A stretch of 64,000 nt of DNA from a virus. Below, one piece after another: positions 18,830-26,679 of the stretch. The stretch lies in the IMG/VR virus record IMGVR_UViG_3300005536_000001. One strand, written 5' to 3'. The translations under genes were made by a program, and so were the position numbers. The notes under the pieces are model-generated. The model was not told the origin of the DNA and did no database searches. It saw only the letters and a list, made by a program, of their open reading frames with translations. Within the stretch, counting starts at the first letter, position 1. Each line of letters starts with the position of its first letter.

Positions 18830-19161
18830 GGTGGTTCACCGTCGACAGCACACACGCGCTCACCCTCTGGACGCTGGTAGTGATTGTCGCGCAACCACTT
18901 CAGTTGATCGATGAGACGATCGACATCATCGAGTTCGATGTGCATCGACACCGAGATCGTCTCACTGCGAGGATCACCCGGGTGCTTCTTCATCACACCG
19001 TTCAACCACACGTGCGGTGAGTCGGCAGCAGATGATTCGTACACCGCGATGCGACCATCGTAGCTGACGCCGAGCGTCGGCATGTGCTTGAAACCGCGGT
19101 TGGTCAGCTCAGGTCGAAGGTGTTCGGGGTAATCCTCGAAGCCAGGAACGGGAACACTCAT
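18814..19161 (-). CDS. hypothetical protein
   Basis: ORF 18814..19182 trimmed to the ATG at 19161, which overlaps the upstream stop (ATGA). Confidence 0.55.
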   Translation of the reverse strand: MSVPVPGFEDYPEHLRPELTNRGFKHMPTLGVSYDGRIAVYESSAADSPHVWLNGVMKKHPGDPRSETISVSMHIELDDVDRLIDQLKWLRDNHYQRPEGERVCAVDGEPPWWHQ

Positions 19162-19490
19162 TCCGCCACCCACGTCTTCCACCTCATTGCCACCTCAACG
19201 GTGGCAAGTGCATCCGGGTCGTCAGACTCGATGAAGTCGAGCAGTTCGTCCCACGTCTTTTGGCCCATATTGACGCGGCCTGAGACAAACCACAGGTCAC
19301 TTTTGAAACCACGTCGAGCGACGTAGTTGTACGACTTGCCGTTGTCGCGGAACCTCTTCGTGAACCGAATCGTATCCGACCTCGGTTCGGCCGGGCGATT
19401 CTTGAGCTTGCCGACTTCCTCGGCCATCGCTCCTAACTGCTCCGACAGCACCGCCATCCGGATTTCAAGCCGTTCCCTACGTGATACCAT
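19158..19490 (-). CDS. hypothetical protein
   Basis: 110 aa ORF. RBS AGGAGAG-N4-ATG. Confidence 0.6.
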   Translation of the reverse strand: MVSRRERLEIRMAVLSEQLGAMAEEVGKLKNRPAEPRSDTIRFTKRFRDNGKSYNYVARRGFKSDLWFVSGRVNMGQKTWDELLDFIESDDPDALATVEVAMRWKTWVAE

Positions 19491-19550
19491 TGTGCTCTCC
19501 TCGCATCTTATTGTCGAGCGCGTGTATCGACCCTACTACGTGAACCTATC

Positions 19551-19988
19551 TCAGTGCCGACGAAGCAAGTCGCCGATTCGAGAAGCGTCACTGACCGTGA
19601 ATTCGGTATTGCGTTCTCCCGGCGGGGTCCAGCCGAGACCGGCGAGCAGTGGCCGTACGCCGCTCCACCACCCCATGTAGCGCTCTCCGAACTTCGCGAA
19701 GAAGTACTCGACCGAATACATCACGTATTCATTCTGAGGCTCAGGGATGACGAGGTTGAGGCCGGCCGAATTGACGAACAGGAACGTCATCCTCGGCACC
19801 GGCTCGACGGTCTGCTCAAGTGGTTGCATCTTCAACAGTGCAACGACGTATCGAGTGTAATCGCCCGGCGCCCAGTAGATCGCGCGTGGTGTGTTGTCCT
19901 CACCCGGCCCAACGTTGTACGCCAGCGTGATGGCGTCGATCGCATTGGCGGTTTTCTTGATCTCTCTCACTGGATCTTCATCCTCCAT
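19551..19988 (-). CDS. hypothetical protein
   Basis: ORF 19551..20078 trimmed to the ATG at 19988, which overlaps the upstream stop (ATGGAGGATGA). Confidence 0.55.
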   Translation of the reverse strand: MEDEDPVREIKKTANAIDAITLAYNVGPGEDNTPRAIYWAPGDYTRYVVALLKMQPLEQTVEPVPRMTFLFVNSAGLNLVIPEPQNEYVMYSVEYFFAKFGERYMGWWSGVRPLLAGLGWTPPGERNTEFTVSDASRIGDLLRRH

Positions 19989-20637
19989 TTCGTTTACGAA
20001 GATCTTCCAGCATCTCACGCTTCTCAGTCTCGATCTTCGTCTGATCGATCTTGAAGTGCTGAGCAAGCATGGTGGCAATGCTAACGCCGTAGGGCGCCCA
20101 ACCTGAACGCTTCACCTCAACGACGTTAGCGCCACCGCATGTCTGGCATGCTTCACCTCGACACGTGTCCATCATCGTGCCATCGCATGCCTCGATATCG
20201 ATCGTCTCGGTCCAGCGCATCAGGCGCACGCCTTGTGTCTCAAGACACTCAAGAAACTCGCCGATTGCCTGTGAAAGCGGTGCAATCTTAGCGAGCTTCT
20301 CGTGCTCGACATACACCTTATCATCTGGACCTGTCATGGTTTCATCCCTGGCTTTGCTCTCAGCACGTGTGCGCAAGCGCTGCTTCGCCGACATGATGCT
20401 GACCCACTTCACGCCAAGGCGCTCAGCAATCTCTTCACGGTCAACACCTGCCGTACGAAGAAGATCTGCCTCAGCGACAAGATCTTCCGCCTTCCATGTC
20501 TTACGCGGGAAGTCAGCGAGTGTACCATCGTTCAAATGTCGACTATGACACGTCGTGCATAGCCCACGACCCGCGTCAGTCATACCGGTGTCACCACCGA
20601 TTTTACGAGCGCATGAACGACACTTCTTTACACCCAT
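19978..20637 (-). CDS. putative zinc-ribbon / HTH DNA-binding protein
   Basis: 219 aa. N-terminal CRSC...CTTCH four-Cys cluster. HTH-like VDREEIAERLGVKWVSIMSAKQR. Second Cys cluster CRGEACQTCGG. Confidence 0.5.
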   Translation of the reverse strand: MGVKKCRSCARKIGGDTGMTDAGRGLCTTCHSRHLNDGTLADFPRKTWKAEDLVAEADLLRTAGVDREEIAERLGVKWVSIMSAKQRLRTRAESKARDETMTGPDDKVYVEHEKLAKIAPLSQAIGEFLECLETQGVRLMRWTETIDIEACDGTMMDTCRGEACQTCGGANVVEVKRSGWAPYGVSIATMLAQHFKIDQTKIETEKREMLEDLRKRNGG

Positions 20638-20654
20638 GCTCTCCTCGTTCCGAT

Positions 20655-20704
20655 GTCCTCATCAGCGTGAGACTTACTCACGGACGCCTCCCGGCGTTTC
20701 GGAC
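20655..20704 (-). ncRNA. type II hammerhead ribozyme, copy A (50 nt)
   Basis: Minus strand: GUCC-GAAAC-GCC-GGGA-GGC-GUC|CGUGAG-UAAGU-CUCACG-CUGAUGA-GGAC. All core nucleotides present. Predicted cleavage between 20683 and 20682. Confidence 0.85.
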
Positions 20705-20710
20705 TGTAAC

Positions 20711-20965
20711 CTACGGGTACTTCTTGCCGATCTCGTATTGCGTAGCGACAGCGAACGACACGCACTTCTTCTTGAACCGATCGGACGCCTTGGTGCGCTC
20801 GCCCTGATCGATCACAAGCAGCCACTCGGTCTTCGCACAGTTGAACACCTGCGGAACGCCCGAGCGCGCGTCATGCTTTTCGATCACGACGCCTGTCACC
20901 GCTTTTGCACAGCCGGCAAGAGCCATCGCGATGATGACAGCGGTGTACATAACTCGTAAGTGCAC
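20711..20965 (-). CDS. lipoprotein
   Basis: 84 aa. GTG start after AGGAGAG. Signal peptide with lipobox LAGC. C-terminus YEIGKKYP is paralogous to the next lipoprotein. Confidence 0.65.
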   Translation of the reverse strand: MHLRVMYTAVIIAMALAGCAKAVTGVVIEKHDARSGVPQVFNCAKTEWLLVIDQGERTKASDRFKKKCVSFAVATQYEIGKKYP

Positions 20966-21021
20966 TTACTCTCCTAGCTTGTCGAGCACGGATCGAGATG
21001 TCAGTGCAACTTCACGTGAAT

Positions 21022-21051
21022 GGGTCGCCGCCACGGATGTGACGGCGACCC
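21022..21051 (-). terminator. hairpin GGGTCGCCG / CGGCGACCC
   Basis: 9-11 bp GC-rich stem directly after the stop of 21058..21291. Confidence 0.5.
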
Positions 21052-21057
21052 ACTTCA

Positions 21058-21291
21058 TCAGCCCCTGTACACGTCACCGATCTTGTACTTGTCGTACGTT
21101 GCCTGGGTCACGCAGACGACCATCTCGCCTGCGTCGCCCGTCTTGGTGAACATGATGAACGGCGTGTCACCCGAGCAGAGCGCTTCGTTGACCGCGCCCT
21201 TCTTGTCAGTGACGTGCGTACGAGTACCCTCGCAGGCAGTGACGCTTGCCAGCGCGGCAATGACCGCGAGTCCAGTGAGGAAAACCTTCAC
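21058..21291 (-). CDS. lipoprotein
   Basis: 77 aa. Signal peptide MKVFLTGLAVIAALASVTAC (lipobox VTAC). C-terminus YKIGDVYRG. Confidence 0.65.
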   Translation of the reverse strand: MKVFLTGLAVIAALASVTACEGTRTHVTDKKGAVNEALCSGDTPFIMFTKTGDAGEMVVCVTQATYDKYKIGDVYRG

Positions 21292-21329
21292 CGAATACCA
21301 CTCCTTGTTTTGGTTTCGCTTACAAGGTA

Positions 21330-21358
21330 ATCTTATCAGGACCCAAGTCGTTATGCAA
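21330..21358 (-). promoter_or_regulatory. promoter TTGCAT-17-TAAGAT
   Basis: Minus-strand read. Member of the repeated early promoter family. Confidence 0.6.
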
Positions 21359-21366
21359 ACAACGCC

Positions 21367-21780
21367 TCAGTCCTCCGAGAAGACGACGTGGTCCATTCCT
21401 TCCCAGTTGTCCACGCCCGCGGCTTCCATGGCCGTCAGACGAGCGTCACGCCGGCGCCACTCCTTGACCTGTTCGGCGCTGACGTACACGCTGTCCCCGG
21501 TCGTGAGGCGCCTGTATGACTGCTCGACCAAGCGCAGCGTCAGCAGCTCTTCATCGTTGGCTAGTGTCCTCACACCCATGTCAGAGAGCGTGTTGGCCCT
21601 GCCGCCGGCAAGCCTCGTCAGCTGGTCGCTCGCCCACTCGGCGAGATCAATGGTCGCAGCCACGGCCTCACTCGGGTAGAAGCGATAGTTATCACAACCG
21701 CGTTCAATGGTGCGCTCCATCCGCACGCTCCCCTCTGCGTGGCCATTCGACTCCACGATCAGCGTGACCTTCACGGACAT
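21367..21780 (-). CDS. hypothetical protein
   Basis: 137 aa ORF. RBS GGGAGA. Confidence 0.6.
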   Translation of the reverse strand: MSVKVTLIVESNGHAEGSVRMERTIERGCDNYRFYPSEAVAATIDLAEWASDQLTRLAGGRANTLSDMGVRTLANDEELLTLRLVEQSYRRLTTGDSVYVSAEQVKEWRRRDARLTAMEAAGVDNWEGMDHVVFSED

Positions 21781-21791
21781 GATATCTCCCT

Positions 21792-21841
21792 GGACTCGTC
21801 AGGACACGCATCACGTGTCGACCCCTCCCGGGGTTTCGTCC
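21792..21841 (-). ncRNA. type II hammerhead ribozyme, copy B (50 nt)
   Basis: GGAC-GAAAC-CCC-GGGA-GGG-GUC|GACACG-UGAUG-CGUGUC-CUGACGA-GUCC. N7 is C, which the consensus allows. Cleavage between 21820 and 21819. Confidence 0.85.
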
Positions 21842-21843
21842 TT

Positions 21844-22185
21844 TCAGTCGAGGTAACCCATTGCTTGGAGCACATCGCCGATGCCAGGCTCTCGTTCGAC
21901 CTCAACGCCATCTTCTTCGATGATCGTGTTGTCCACCTGCGCACGTAGCTCACGAAGCTCTCGACTGAGCCTCGCACGCTCAGCACGCAGCTCGTAGATG
22001 TCCTCGATGAGTGCCGGCACGTCATCGAGCAAACGAATGAGATCGTTTGCCCGGTTCGATGCATCACGCGCGAGGATGTGTGGCACCGCGCGAAAGAGCA
22101 TGCGCCGCACTCGTGCTTCATCACTGAACTTCGAGACCACGCGCTCGTGTCGGGCGAGGATCTTTCTGATATGCGTGCCTTTCAC
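21844..22185 (-). CDS. hypothetical coiled-coil protein
   Basis: 113 aa. GTG start overlaps the upstream stop (GTGA). Confidence 0.6.
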   Translation of the reverse strand: MKGTHIRKILARHERVVSKFSDEARVRRMLFRAVPHILARDASNRANDLIRLLDDVPALIEDIYELRAERARLSRELRELRAQVDNTIIEEDGVEVEREPGIGDVLQAMGYLD

Positions 22186-22571
22186 TCGCCCTCCTCATTC
22201 TTCTCTTCCGCGGATCGCTCCACGTGGAACACGAGGCGTTGCGCAGCACCAGGCTGGCACACCGGGTCGTTGGCGAGGAAGTCGGCGAACTCATCCGGAC
22301 CGAAGACACCCGACATGAACGTGATGTCAGGCGACGTCTCATCGATCCAGTCGCCGTCATGGTGCATGAATGCACCATCACCAAGCCGATGCATTCCAGC
22401 GTGGTTGATTTTACCGGTCATCAGCCAGTAATGCGACCATCCATCACTGTACACCAGGTACGAGCCCGGCGGGACGAGGACCGCAGCGCCGTCGTTGCTC
22501 GTCGAAGTAGGGTCGAGGCTGTACGTGCGAGGAAAGAGCACATCGACCGTGCCGATCTGCGTAGTGCCCAT
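22182..22571 (-). CDS. hypothetical protein
   Basis: 129 aa. ATG overlaps the upstream stop (TAATG). Confidence 0.6.
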   Translation of the reverse strand: MGTTQIGTVDVLFPRTYSLDPTSTSNDGAAVLVPPGSYLVYSDGWSHYWLMTGKINHAGMHRLGDGAFMHHDGDWIDETSPDITFMSGVFGPDEFADFLANDPVCQPGAAQRLVFHVERSAEEKNEEGE

Positions 22572-23026
22572 TACTCGCCCCCGCCAATCAGCTCGACGAG
22601 CTGCGCGATGGCGTCGATTAGTTCATCACGACAACCGGACAATTCCTCGTCCGCTTCTTCCATCGCGTTTTCGGTGCGGGTGACCTCGCTGTCAAGCTCT
22701 TCGAATTCGTCACTCTCGCTATCACCGTCGAACTCTTCACGTGCTTCGTTCGCCGAGTCGAATTCGTCGGACGCGGTGTCAGCGCTTTCCACCGCCGTGG
22801 CAACATCATCGCACTTGCCACTCATCTCGTGGACGTACTCTGTGAGATCATCGATGAGCGCGCGCAACGGAACCACGATCTCAGTCTCGATCTCGGAGAC
22901 ACGCGCCTCAAGCGCTTCCCTCGTCTCGAATCCATCGCCCGTGGGCAAGTCCTTGCCCAAGCCCGTGGTCAGTTCCACACGCGCTTTCTTCAGGATTTCG
23001 ATGAAGGTTTCCGCAACATCGGTCAT
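22571..23026 (-). CDS. highly acidic hypothetical protein
   Basis: 151 aa, rich in D/E. Confidence 0.6.
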   Translation of the reverse strand: MTDVAETFIEILKKARVELTTGLGKDLPTGDGFETREALEARVSEIETEIVVPLRALIDDLTEYVHEMSGKCDDVATAVESADTASDEFDSANEAREEFDGDSESDEFEELDSEVTRTENAMEEADEELSGCRDELIDAIAQLVELIGGGE

Positions 23027-23044
23027 CAGTCTATCCTCACTCTT

Positions 23045-23094
23045 GGCCTCATCAGGCAGCGCGTCACGCTGCGACGTCTCCCGACGTTTCGGCC
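23045..23094 (-). ncRNA. type II hammerhead ribozyme, copy C (50 nt)
   Basis: GGCC-GAAAC-GUC-GGGA-GAC-GUC|GCAGCG-UGACG-CGCUGC-CUGAUGA-GGCC. Cleavage between 23073 and 23072. Confidence 0.85.
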
Positions 23095-23099
23095 TTCAG

Positions 23100-23183
23100 T
23101 TATCGACCACCACATCCCGCGTGACCGCAGCCACCGCAGAAACCGCCGTTACAGCATTCACAACCACATCCGCCATGAATCAT
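23100..23183 (-). CDS. 27 aa Cys/Gly-rich micro-protein
   Basis: MIHGGCGCECCNGGFCGGCGHAGCGGR. RBS AGGAGAG-N4-ATG. The stop lies 5 nt before hammerhead C. Below the ORF-track cutoff. Confidence 0.45.
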   Translation of the reverse strand: MIHGGCGCECCNGGFCGGCGHAGCGGR

Positions 23184-23199
23184 TGCGCTCTCCTAGTGC

Positions 23200-23682
23200 T
23201 CACTTGATCAGTTCAAACCAGACATCCACGGGCGAACCGACGAGGGTCCAGCGGGTGCTCAAGATGTGGCCGGGGCTGCACGCGCACATCGAGCAGCCGG
23301 CCTTCGACGAGAAGTGCATGGTTGGCGGGTCGATGCCAAGTCGGCCAAGCCCGTACGCGTGAAGGAGTGCGATCGGCTCGATGAGCGCCAACTTCACGTC
23401 CTTCAGCGCCTTCGCCTTGAGCGCTCGGTATGCCTTCATGTGCGCGTCGCGCTCGTCTTCGGTGAAGCCGTCACCGTCGCCCCACGCAGGCTTACACGCG
23501 TTCTCGTAGATCTTTTCTTCGAGATCAGGTGCGAACGTAGTGATGGCGCCATACACTCGGGTCAGCGAATTCCAGTGACGATCAGTGTCATGCACTCGCT
23601 TGACGATGATGGCTTTCCAGTCACCCTTGCTGATTTCGGTGCGTCGCGGGTCAACGGCCCGCACGTGCACGTCGTTCTTCAT
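23200..23682 (-). CDS. hypothetical protein
   Basis: 160 aa ORF. Confidence 0.6.
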   Translation of the reverse strand: MKNDVHVRAVDPRRTEISKGDWKAIIVKRVHDTDRHWNSLTRVYGAITTFAPDLEEKIYENACKPAWGDGDGFTEDERDAHMKAYRALKAKALKDVKLALIEPIALLHAYGLGRLGIDPPTMHFSSKAGCSMCACSPGHILSTRWTLVGSPVDVWFELIK

Positions 23683-23696
23683 GCTCTCCTCTTTCC

Positions 23697-23746
23697 GGCC
23701 TCATCAGTGCCAGCATCACTGGCAGACTCCTCACGGAGTTTCGGCC
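23697..23746 (-). ncRNA. type II hammerhead ribozyme, copy D (50 nt)
   Basis: GGCC-GAAAC-UCC-GUGA-GGA-GUC|UGCCAG-UGAUG-CUGGCA-CUGAUGA-GGCC. Cleavage between 23725 and 23724. Confidence 0.85.
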
Positions 23747-23752
23747 TTACAT

Positions 23753-23938
23753 TCAGCACCACTCACTGACCCAGCGTACTTCTTCACGCCTACGAATTGC
23801 GCGACGAATGAGACGCTTGCCACTCTTACCGGACCCCCCACGCGACTTGAAACCACGGTACTCGTAAAAGCCATCGCTAAGATGCGGGTTGTCGACGTGG
23901 AGCGTGCCACGATTGCGTTCGCTTGCCATCATCCCCAT
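23753..23938 (-). CDS. 61 aa basic hypothetical protein
   Basis: ORF 23753..24040 trimmed to the ATG at 23938, which follows GAGGAG. The N-terminal extension in the track runs through ribozyme E. Confidence 0.5.
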   Translation of the reverse strand: MGMMASERNRGTLHVDNPHLSDGFYEYRGFKSRGGSGKSGKRLIRRAIRRREEVRWVSEWC

Positions 23939-23954
23939 GATATTCTCCTCACGT

Positions 23955-24004
23955 GGGCTCATCAGCAGCGGCATCACCGCTGGACACCTCTCGGTGTTTC
24001 GCCC
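23955..24004 (-). ncRNA. type II hammerhead ribozyme, copy E (50 nt)
   Basis: GGGC-GAAAC-ACC-GAGA-GGU-GUC|CAGCGG-UGAUG-CCGCUG-CUGAUGA-GCCC. Cleavage between 23983 and 23982. Confidence 0.85.
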
Positions 24005-24014
24005 TGCACGACCA

Positions 24015-24290
24015 TCAAACCGTAATGCCCATCGACGCAAGCTCGGCCGCGTAACGCTTCGTGAGCTCCGTGTTGATCACCCGGCCGATTTCCCGGGCGC
24101 TCGTTCCACTCGTCGCCGCCAGCTGCTTGATCGCGGTGAACATACCCGCGACCTGCTCGTACATCTCTTCATCACGGCTCACAGTGTGAATCCCGAACTC
24201 GGTCGCCCGCTTGAGCGTGTCAGCCGGGATGTGGTCGAGAGCGGCGAACTGGGCAAGCGAACGAGCATCGGTGTGGGTCGTGATGTCCAT
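24015..24290 (-). CDS. hypothetical protein
   Basis: 91 aa ORF. RBS GGAGAAT. Confidence 0.6.
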   Translation of the reverse strand: MDITTHTDARSLAQFAALDHIPADTLKRATEFGIHTVSRDEEMYEQVAGMFTAIKQLAATSGTSAREIGRVINTELTKRYAAELASMGITV

Positions 24291-24331
24291 GATATTCTCC
24301 GTTTTCGTTTTGCTGTTTTGCTTGTAAGACT

Positions 24332-24360
24332 ACAGTAACAGGCTACTGTGACTAATGCAA
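24332..24360 (-). promoter_or_regulatory. promoter TTGCAT-17-TACTGT
   Basis: Minus-strand read, followed by the conserved AGTCTTA leader. Confidence 0.6.
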
Positions 24361-24430
24361 ACAAGCAAGTCCCACGACTTCAGACATCCCCAGACAGTCA
24401 CACCCGGTTGACCACCAGCAACTACAACCC

Positions 24431-24470
24431 CTGGACCGCTCGGGCTCCCGTAAGAGACTGAGCGGTCCAG
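24431..24470 (-). terminator. hairpin CTGGACCGCTC / GAGCGGTCCAG (11 bp)
   Basis: Directly after the stop of 24478..24666 and upstream of the promoter. Confidence 0.5.
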
Positions 24471-24477
24471 AGGGTAC

Positions 24478-24666
24478 TCAGCGCCACCCGCGGTTGCGGT
24501 AACGACAGTTCTCTTCAGCGTCTTCTCTTGACGTGAACGTGCGCTTCGTGAATGATGCTTGTTCGCCACGAAGATACTTCACGTACTCGCTACGCGCCAC
24601 AACGAGGAGCGCACTCGTGTAGTTTCCCTCGGCATCGGGCTCAAGAATCATCCACGGAGCGTTCAC
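24478..24666 (-). CDS. hypothetical protein
   Basis: 62 aa ORF. Confidence 0.5.
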   Translation of the reverse strand: MNAPWMILEPDAEGNYTSALLVVARSEYVKYLRGEQASFTKRTFTSREDAEENCRYRNRGWR

Positions 24667-24686
24667 GTTCGATCACCACCTATGCG

Positions 24687-24785
24687 TCACTTTTTCTTTG
24701 ATGTCCCGAGAGCGATGAGTGCGGCCACCACCAGCACGATGACAACGATCCCGCCCTTTTGCTCGTTTCCCCACTGGAACAGCAC
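24687..24785 (-). CDS. 32 aa single-pass membrane micro-protein (tentative)
   Basis: VLFQWGNEQKGGIVVIVLVVAALIALGTSKKK. GTG start with no clear RBS. Confidence 0.25.
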   Translation of the reverse strand: MLFQWGNEQKGGIVVIVLVVAALIALGTSKKK

Positions 24786-24796
24786 CTGGGATAAAA

Positions 24797-24991
24797 TCAC
24801 GAGTCGATCACCGCGCCACCCTCGCCCTCCCAGGCATCATGATTGACTTCATCGAACGTGTGAGCAATGAAATCATCCGACGTGGGGCCGTGCTGGTTTC
24901 GTCGCGCCGGCCGACGCAATCCCGCGGTGATGTCAGCGAGGTGATCCGGATGCGTGGGTGTGGAGAGATCGTACATGTGCTGATCGTTCAC
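24797..24991 (-). CDS. hypothetical protein
   Basis: 64 aa ORF. GTG overlaps the upstream stop (GTGA). Confidence 0.5.
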   Translation of the reverse strand: MNDQHMYDLSTPTHPDHLADITAGLRRPARRNQHGPTSDDFIAHTFDEVNHDAWEGEGGAVIDS

Positions 24992-25104
24992 GGCTTCCTC
25001 CGATTCCGAAGCCAGACAACACCTACGATCGTGAGACCGACAACAGCGAAGAACGCCACGTCAGGCCACGATGTGGGGTGATACTCGAAAGAACTCATTT
25101 CCAT
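24988..25104 (-). CDS. 38 aa single-pass membrane micro-protein
   Basis: MEMSSFEYHPTSWPDVAFFAVVGLTIVGVVWLRNRRKP. ATG overlaps the upstream stop. Confidence 0.4.
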   Translation of the reverse strand: MEMSSFEYHPTSWPDVAFFAVVGLTIVGVVWLRNRRKP

Positions 25105-25214
25105 CCGTTCTTGTCGAAAAGCTTGAAGATGACGACGATGACGACGATGATAATGACAACGCCAAGCCCTTGTGATGCCGGAGAGCTTTGGCTGTCTTCG
25201 ATGACCGTGTTCAT
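25095..25214 (-). CDS. 39 aa single-pass membrane micro-protein
   Basis: MNTVIEDSQSSPASQGLGVVIIIVVIVVIFKLFDKNGWK. ATGA overlap with the upstream stop. Confidence 0.4.
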   Translation of the reverse strand: MNTVIEDSQSSPASQGLGVVIIIVVIVVIFKLFDKNGWK

Positions 25215-25327
25215 TTCTTCTTCCCCACGAGAGCCGCAACGACGAGAAGCGCGGCGAGGATGAGCACGAAAGAACCGATCCCATTCAGTGCGGTCGGCTG
25301 TTGGCCCTGTGCGATGAATGCGATCAC
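25211..25327 (-). CDS. 38 aa single-pass membrane micro-protein
   Basis: VIAFIAQGQQPTALNGIGSFVLILAALLVVAALVGKKK. GTGA overlap with the upstream stop. Confidence 0.4.
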   Translation of the reverse strand: MIAFIAQGQQPTALNGIGSFVLILAALLVVAALVGKKK

Positions 25328-25689
25328 TTCTTCGAGCGCTCTCGCTTGCGTGCCCGGCGGTCGGCGGCGTTAACGACCTTCTGCGCGTAGTCGGCCAGCT
25401 CCTGGGCGCGCGTCTTCTTGACCTTGCGCTGCACCTTCACGGTGCGCGTGGCGACCTCGCCAAGCTCATCGGTGTTGACCGACGGGCCAAGTGGCCCGAA
25501 CATATTGTCCTGTGACGTGCCCGCAGTGATCGCAGTGCCGTGCACAGCCGGCTCGAACACCGCCGTGCCGATCGCGACGTACCGCGCGTCGCACTTGCTG
25601 CCGTCACCACGGTGACGAATCACGGGCTTCTTCTCGATGTCACGAACGACAACCACACGTCGCTCGTGCGTGCACTTCAGGTGAGCCAT
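25324..25689 (-). CDS. hypothetical protein with basic C-terminus
   Basis: ORF 25324..25815 trimmed to the ATG at 25689, which follows AAGGAGAG. Confidence 0.55.
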   Translation of the reverse strand: MAHLKCTHERRVVVVRDIEKKPVIRHRGDGSKCDARYVAIGTAVFEPAVHGTAITAGTSQDNMFGPLGPSVNTDELGEVATRTVKVQRKVKKTRAQELADYAQKVVNAADRRARKRERSKK

Positions 25690-25705
25690 GATCTCTCCTT
25701 GTTTC

Positions 25706-26068
25706 CTAGGCCGCGAGCAGGATGATCGCAGCAGCGCGGTGGTAGCAGTTGCGGGACTTGAGTCCGGCGGGGCAGTTGCACGCCGCCGGGTGCGTGAGGT
25801 ATTCAGCAGTGCCATCGGTCGAAACCGAACGGAACACGTTCGGGCGAACCTTCACGATCGCCGCGTCCTCGATCAGGTCCAGGGCCGACTGGACCTGGGC
25901 CGGCTTGAAGTCACTCAAGTCGACGGTCTTCGCTGCCTTGTTGACCTTCGTCTGGCAGGCCGCGCCGCGACCACGCTTGACGGACTTGACGGAGCGAAGC
26001 ATCCGCCCACACTCGAGGCACGGGATCGGAGTGGGGGCCGTGATCGGGGCGGTCGTGGTCGCGTTCAT
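25706..26068 (-). CDS. SWIM zinc-finger protein with N-terminal CxxC...GxGxxC domain
   Basis: 120 aa. CNCPAGLKSRNCYH (CxCxnCxH SWIM motif). N-terminal CLECGRMLRSVKSVKRGRGAAC. Confidence 0.6.
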   Translation of the reverse strand: MNATTTAPITAPTPIPCLECGRMLRSVKSVKRGRGAACQTKVNKAAKTVDLSDFKPAQVQSALDLIEDAAIVKVRPNVFRSVSTDGTAEYLTHPAACNCPAGLKSRNCYHRAAAIILLAA

Positions 26069-26074
26069 AATCTT

Positions 26075-26102
26075 ATCCTAACAGGCGACGGGACTTATGC
26101 AA
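26075..26102 (-). promoter_or_regulatory. promoter TTGCAT-16-TAGGAT; predicted leaderless transcript
   Basis: The -10 box ends 6 nt before the ATG at 26068 and no RBS is possible. Confidence 0.55.
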
Positions 26103-26108
26103 ACAGGC

Positions 26109-26405
26109 TCACGATCCAAAGCGAATGAGGTCTGGATACTGCTCATGGTCAAACGCAACGATGAAGTCAGTGATGGAGCTGCCAAGACCGTACGTGCGTA
26201 GTGCGACGGGCATAGGCGAGAGATCATTGAGCGTGTAGGCACCTACTTGGACGGACACATCCGTCTCAGCACCCACGTAGTTCGCGATGGGACAGTCGGT
26301 CGTGATGTGTCGTCGACCCCTGATGCCTTTCTCGGCGAGCAAGTCGTGAATGCCATCTGCATTGAGTGCGTTGAGCGAATTGATGACTTCTTGAATGGTG
26401 CGCAT
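26109..26405 (-). CDS. hypothetical protein
   Basis: 98 aa ORF. Confidence 0.6.
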   Translation of the reverse strand: MRTIQEVINSLNALNADGIHDLLAEKGIRGRRHITTDCPIANYVGAETDVSVQVGAYTLNDLSPMPVALRTYGLGSSITDFIVAFDHEQYPDLIRFGS

Positions 26406-26406
26406 A

Positions 26407-26679
26407 TTAACCCAATTTCTTACGCTCGATTACATCAAGTGCGCGAGCAACGTTAAAGCTACACGAAAGACAACGCGAGTTGCCACGCTGATTCGCATGA
26501 CCATGATCGGTATTGAAGACGGTCCTCAGCACAGGTGAGACGCGGTGCTCAGGTTCGAGCTCAAGAACGAGATGCGCACGCCTACTACATGTACGACACG
26601 CCAACTTCTGCGCCCTCGTCACCGCATCATGCGAGACGCACAATGCAATGACGAGGTCTTCATGCGTGATGTCAGCCAT
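26407..26679 (-). CDS. hypothetical Cys-containing protein
   Basis: ORF 26407..26754 trimmed to the ATG at 26679, which overlaps the upstream stop (ATGGCTGA). Confidence 0.5.
   Translation of the reverse strand: MADITHEDLVIALCVSHDAVTRAQKLACRTCSRRAHLVLELEPEHRVSPVLRTVFNTDHGHANQRGNSRCLSCSFNVARALDVIERKKLG

Noticed and set aside
19491-19550. TAAGAT box 14 nt upstream of the 19490 start
   Set aside because: There is no acceptable -35 box or extended -10 element, so it was not called as a promoter.
22224-23207. 327 aa plus-strand ORF
   Set aside because: It runs antisense across three coupled minus-strand genes and a ribozyme. The low-complexity Ser/Arg content indicates a shadow ORF.
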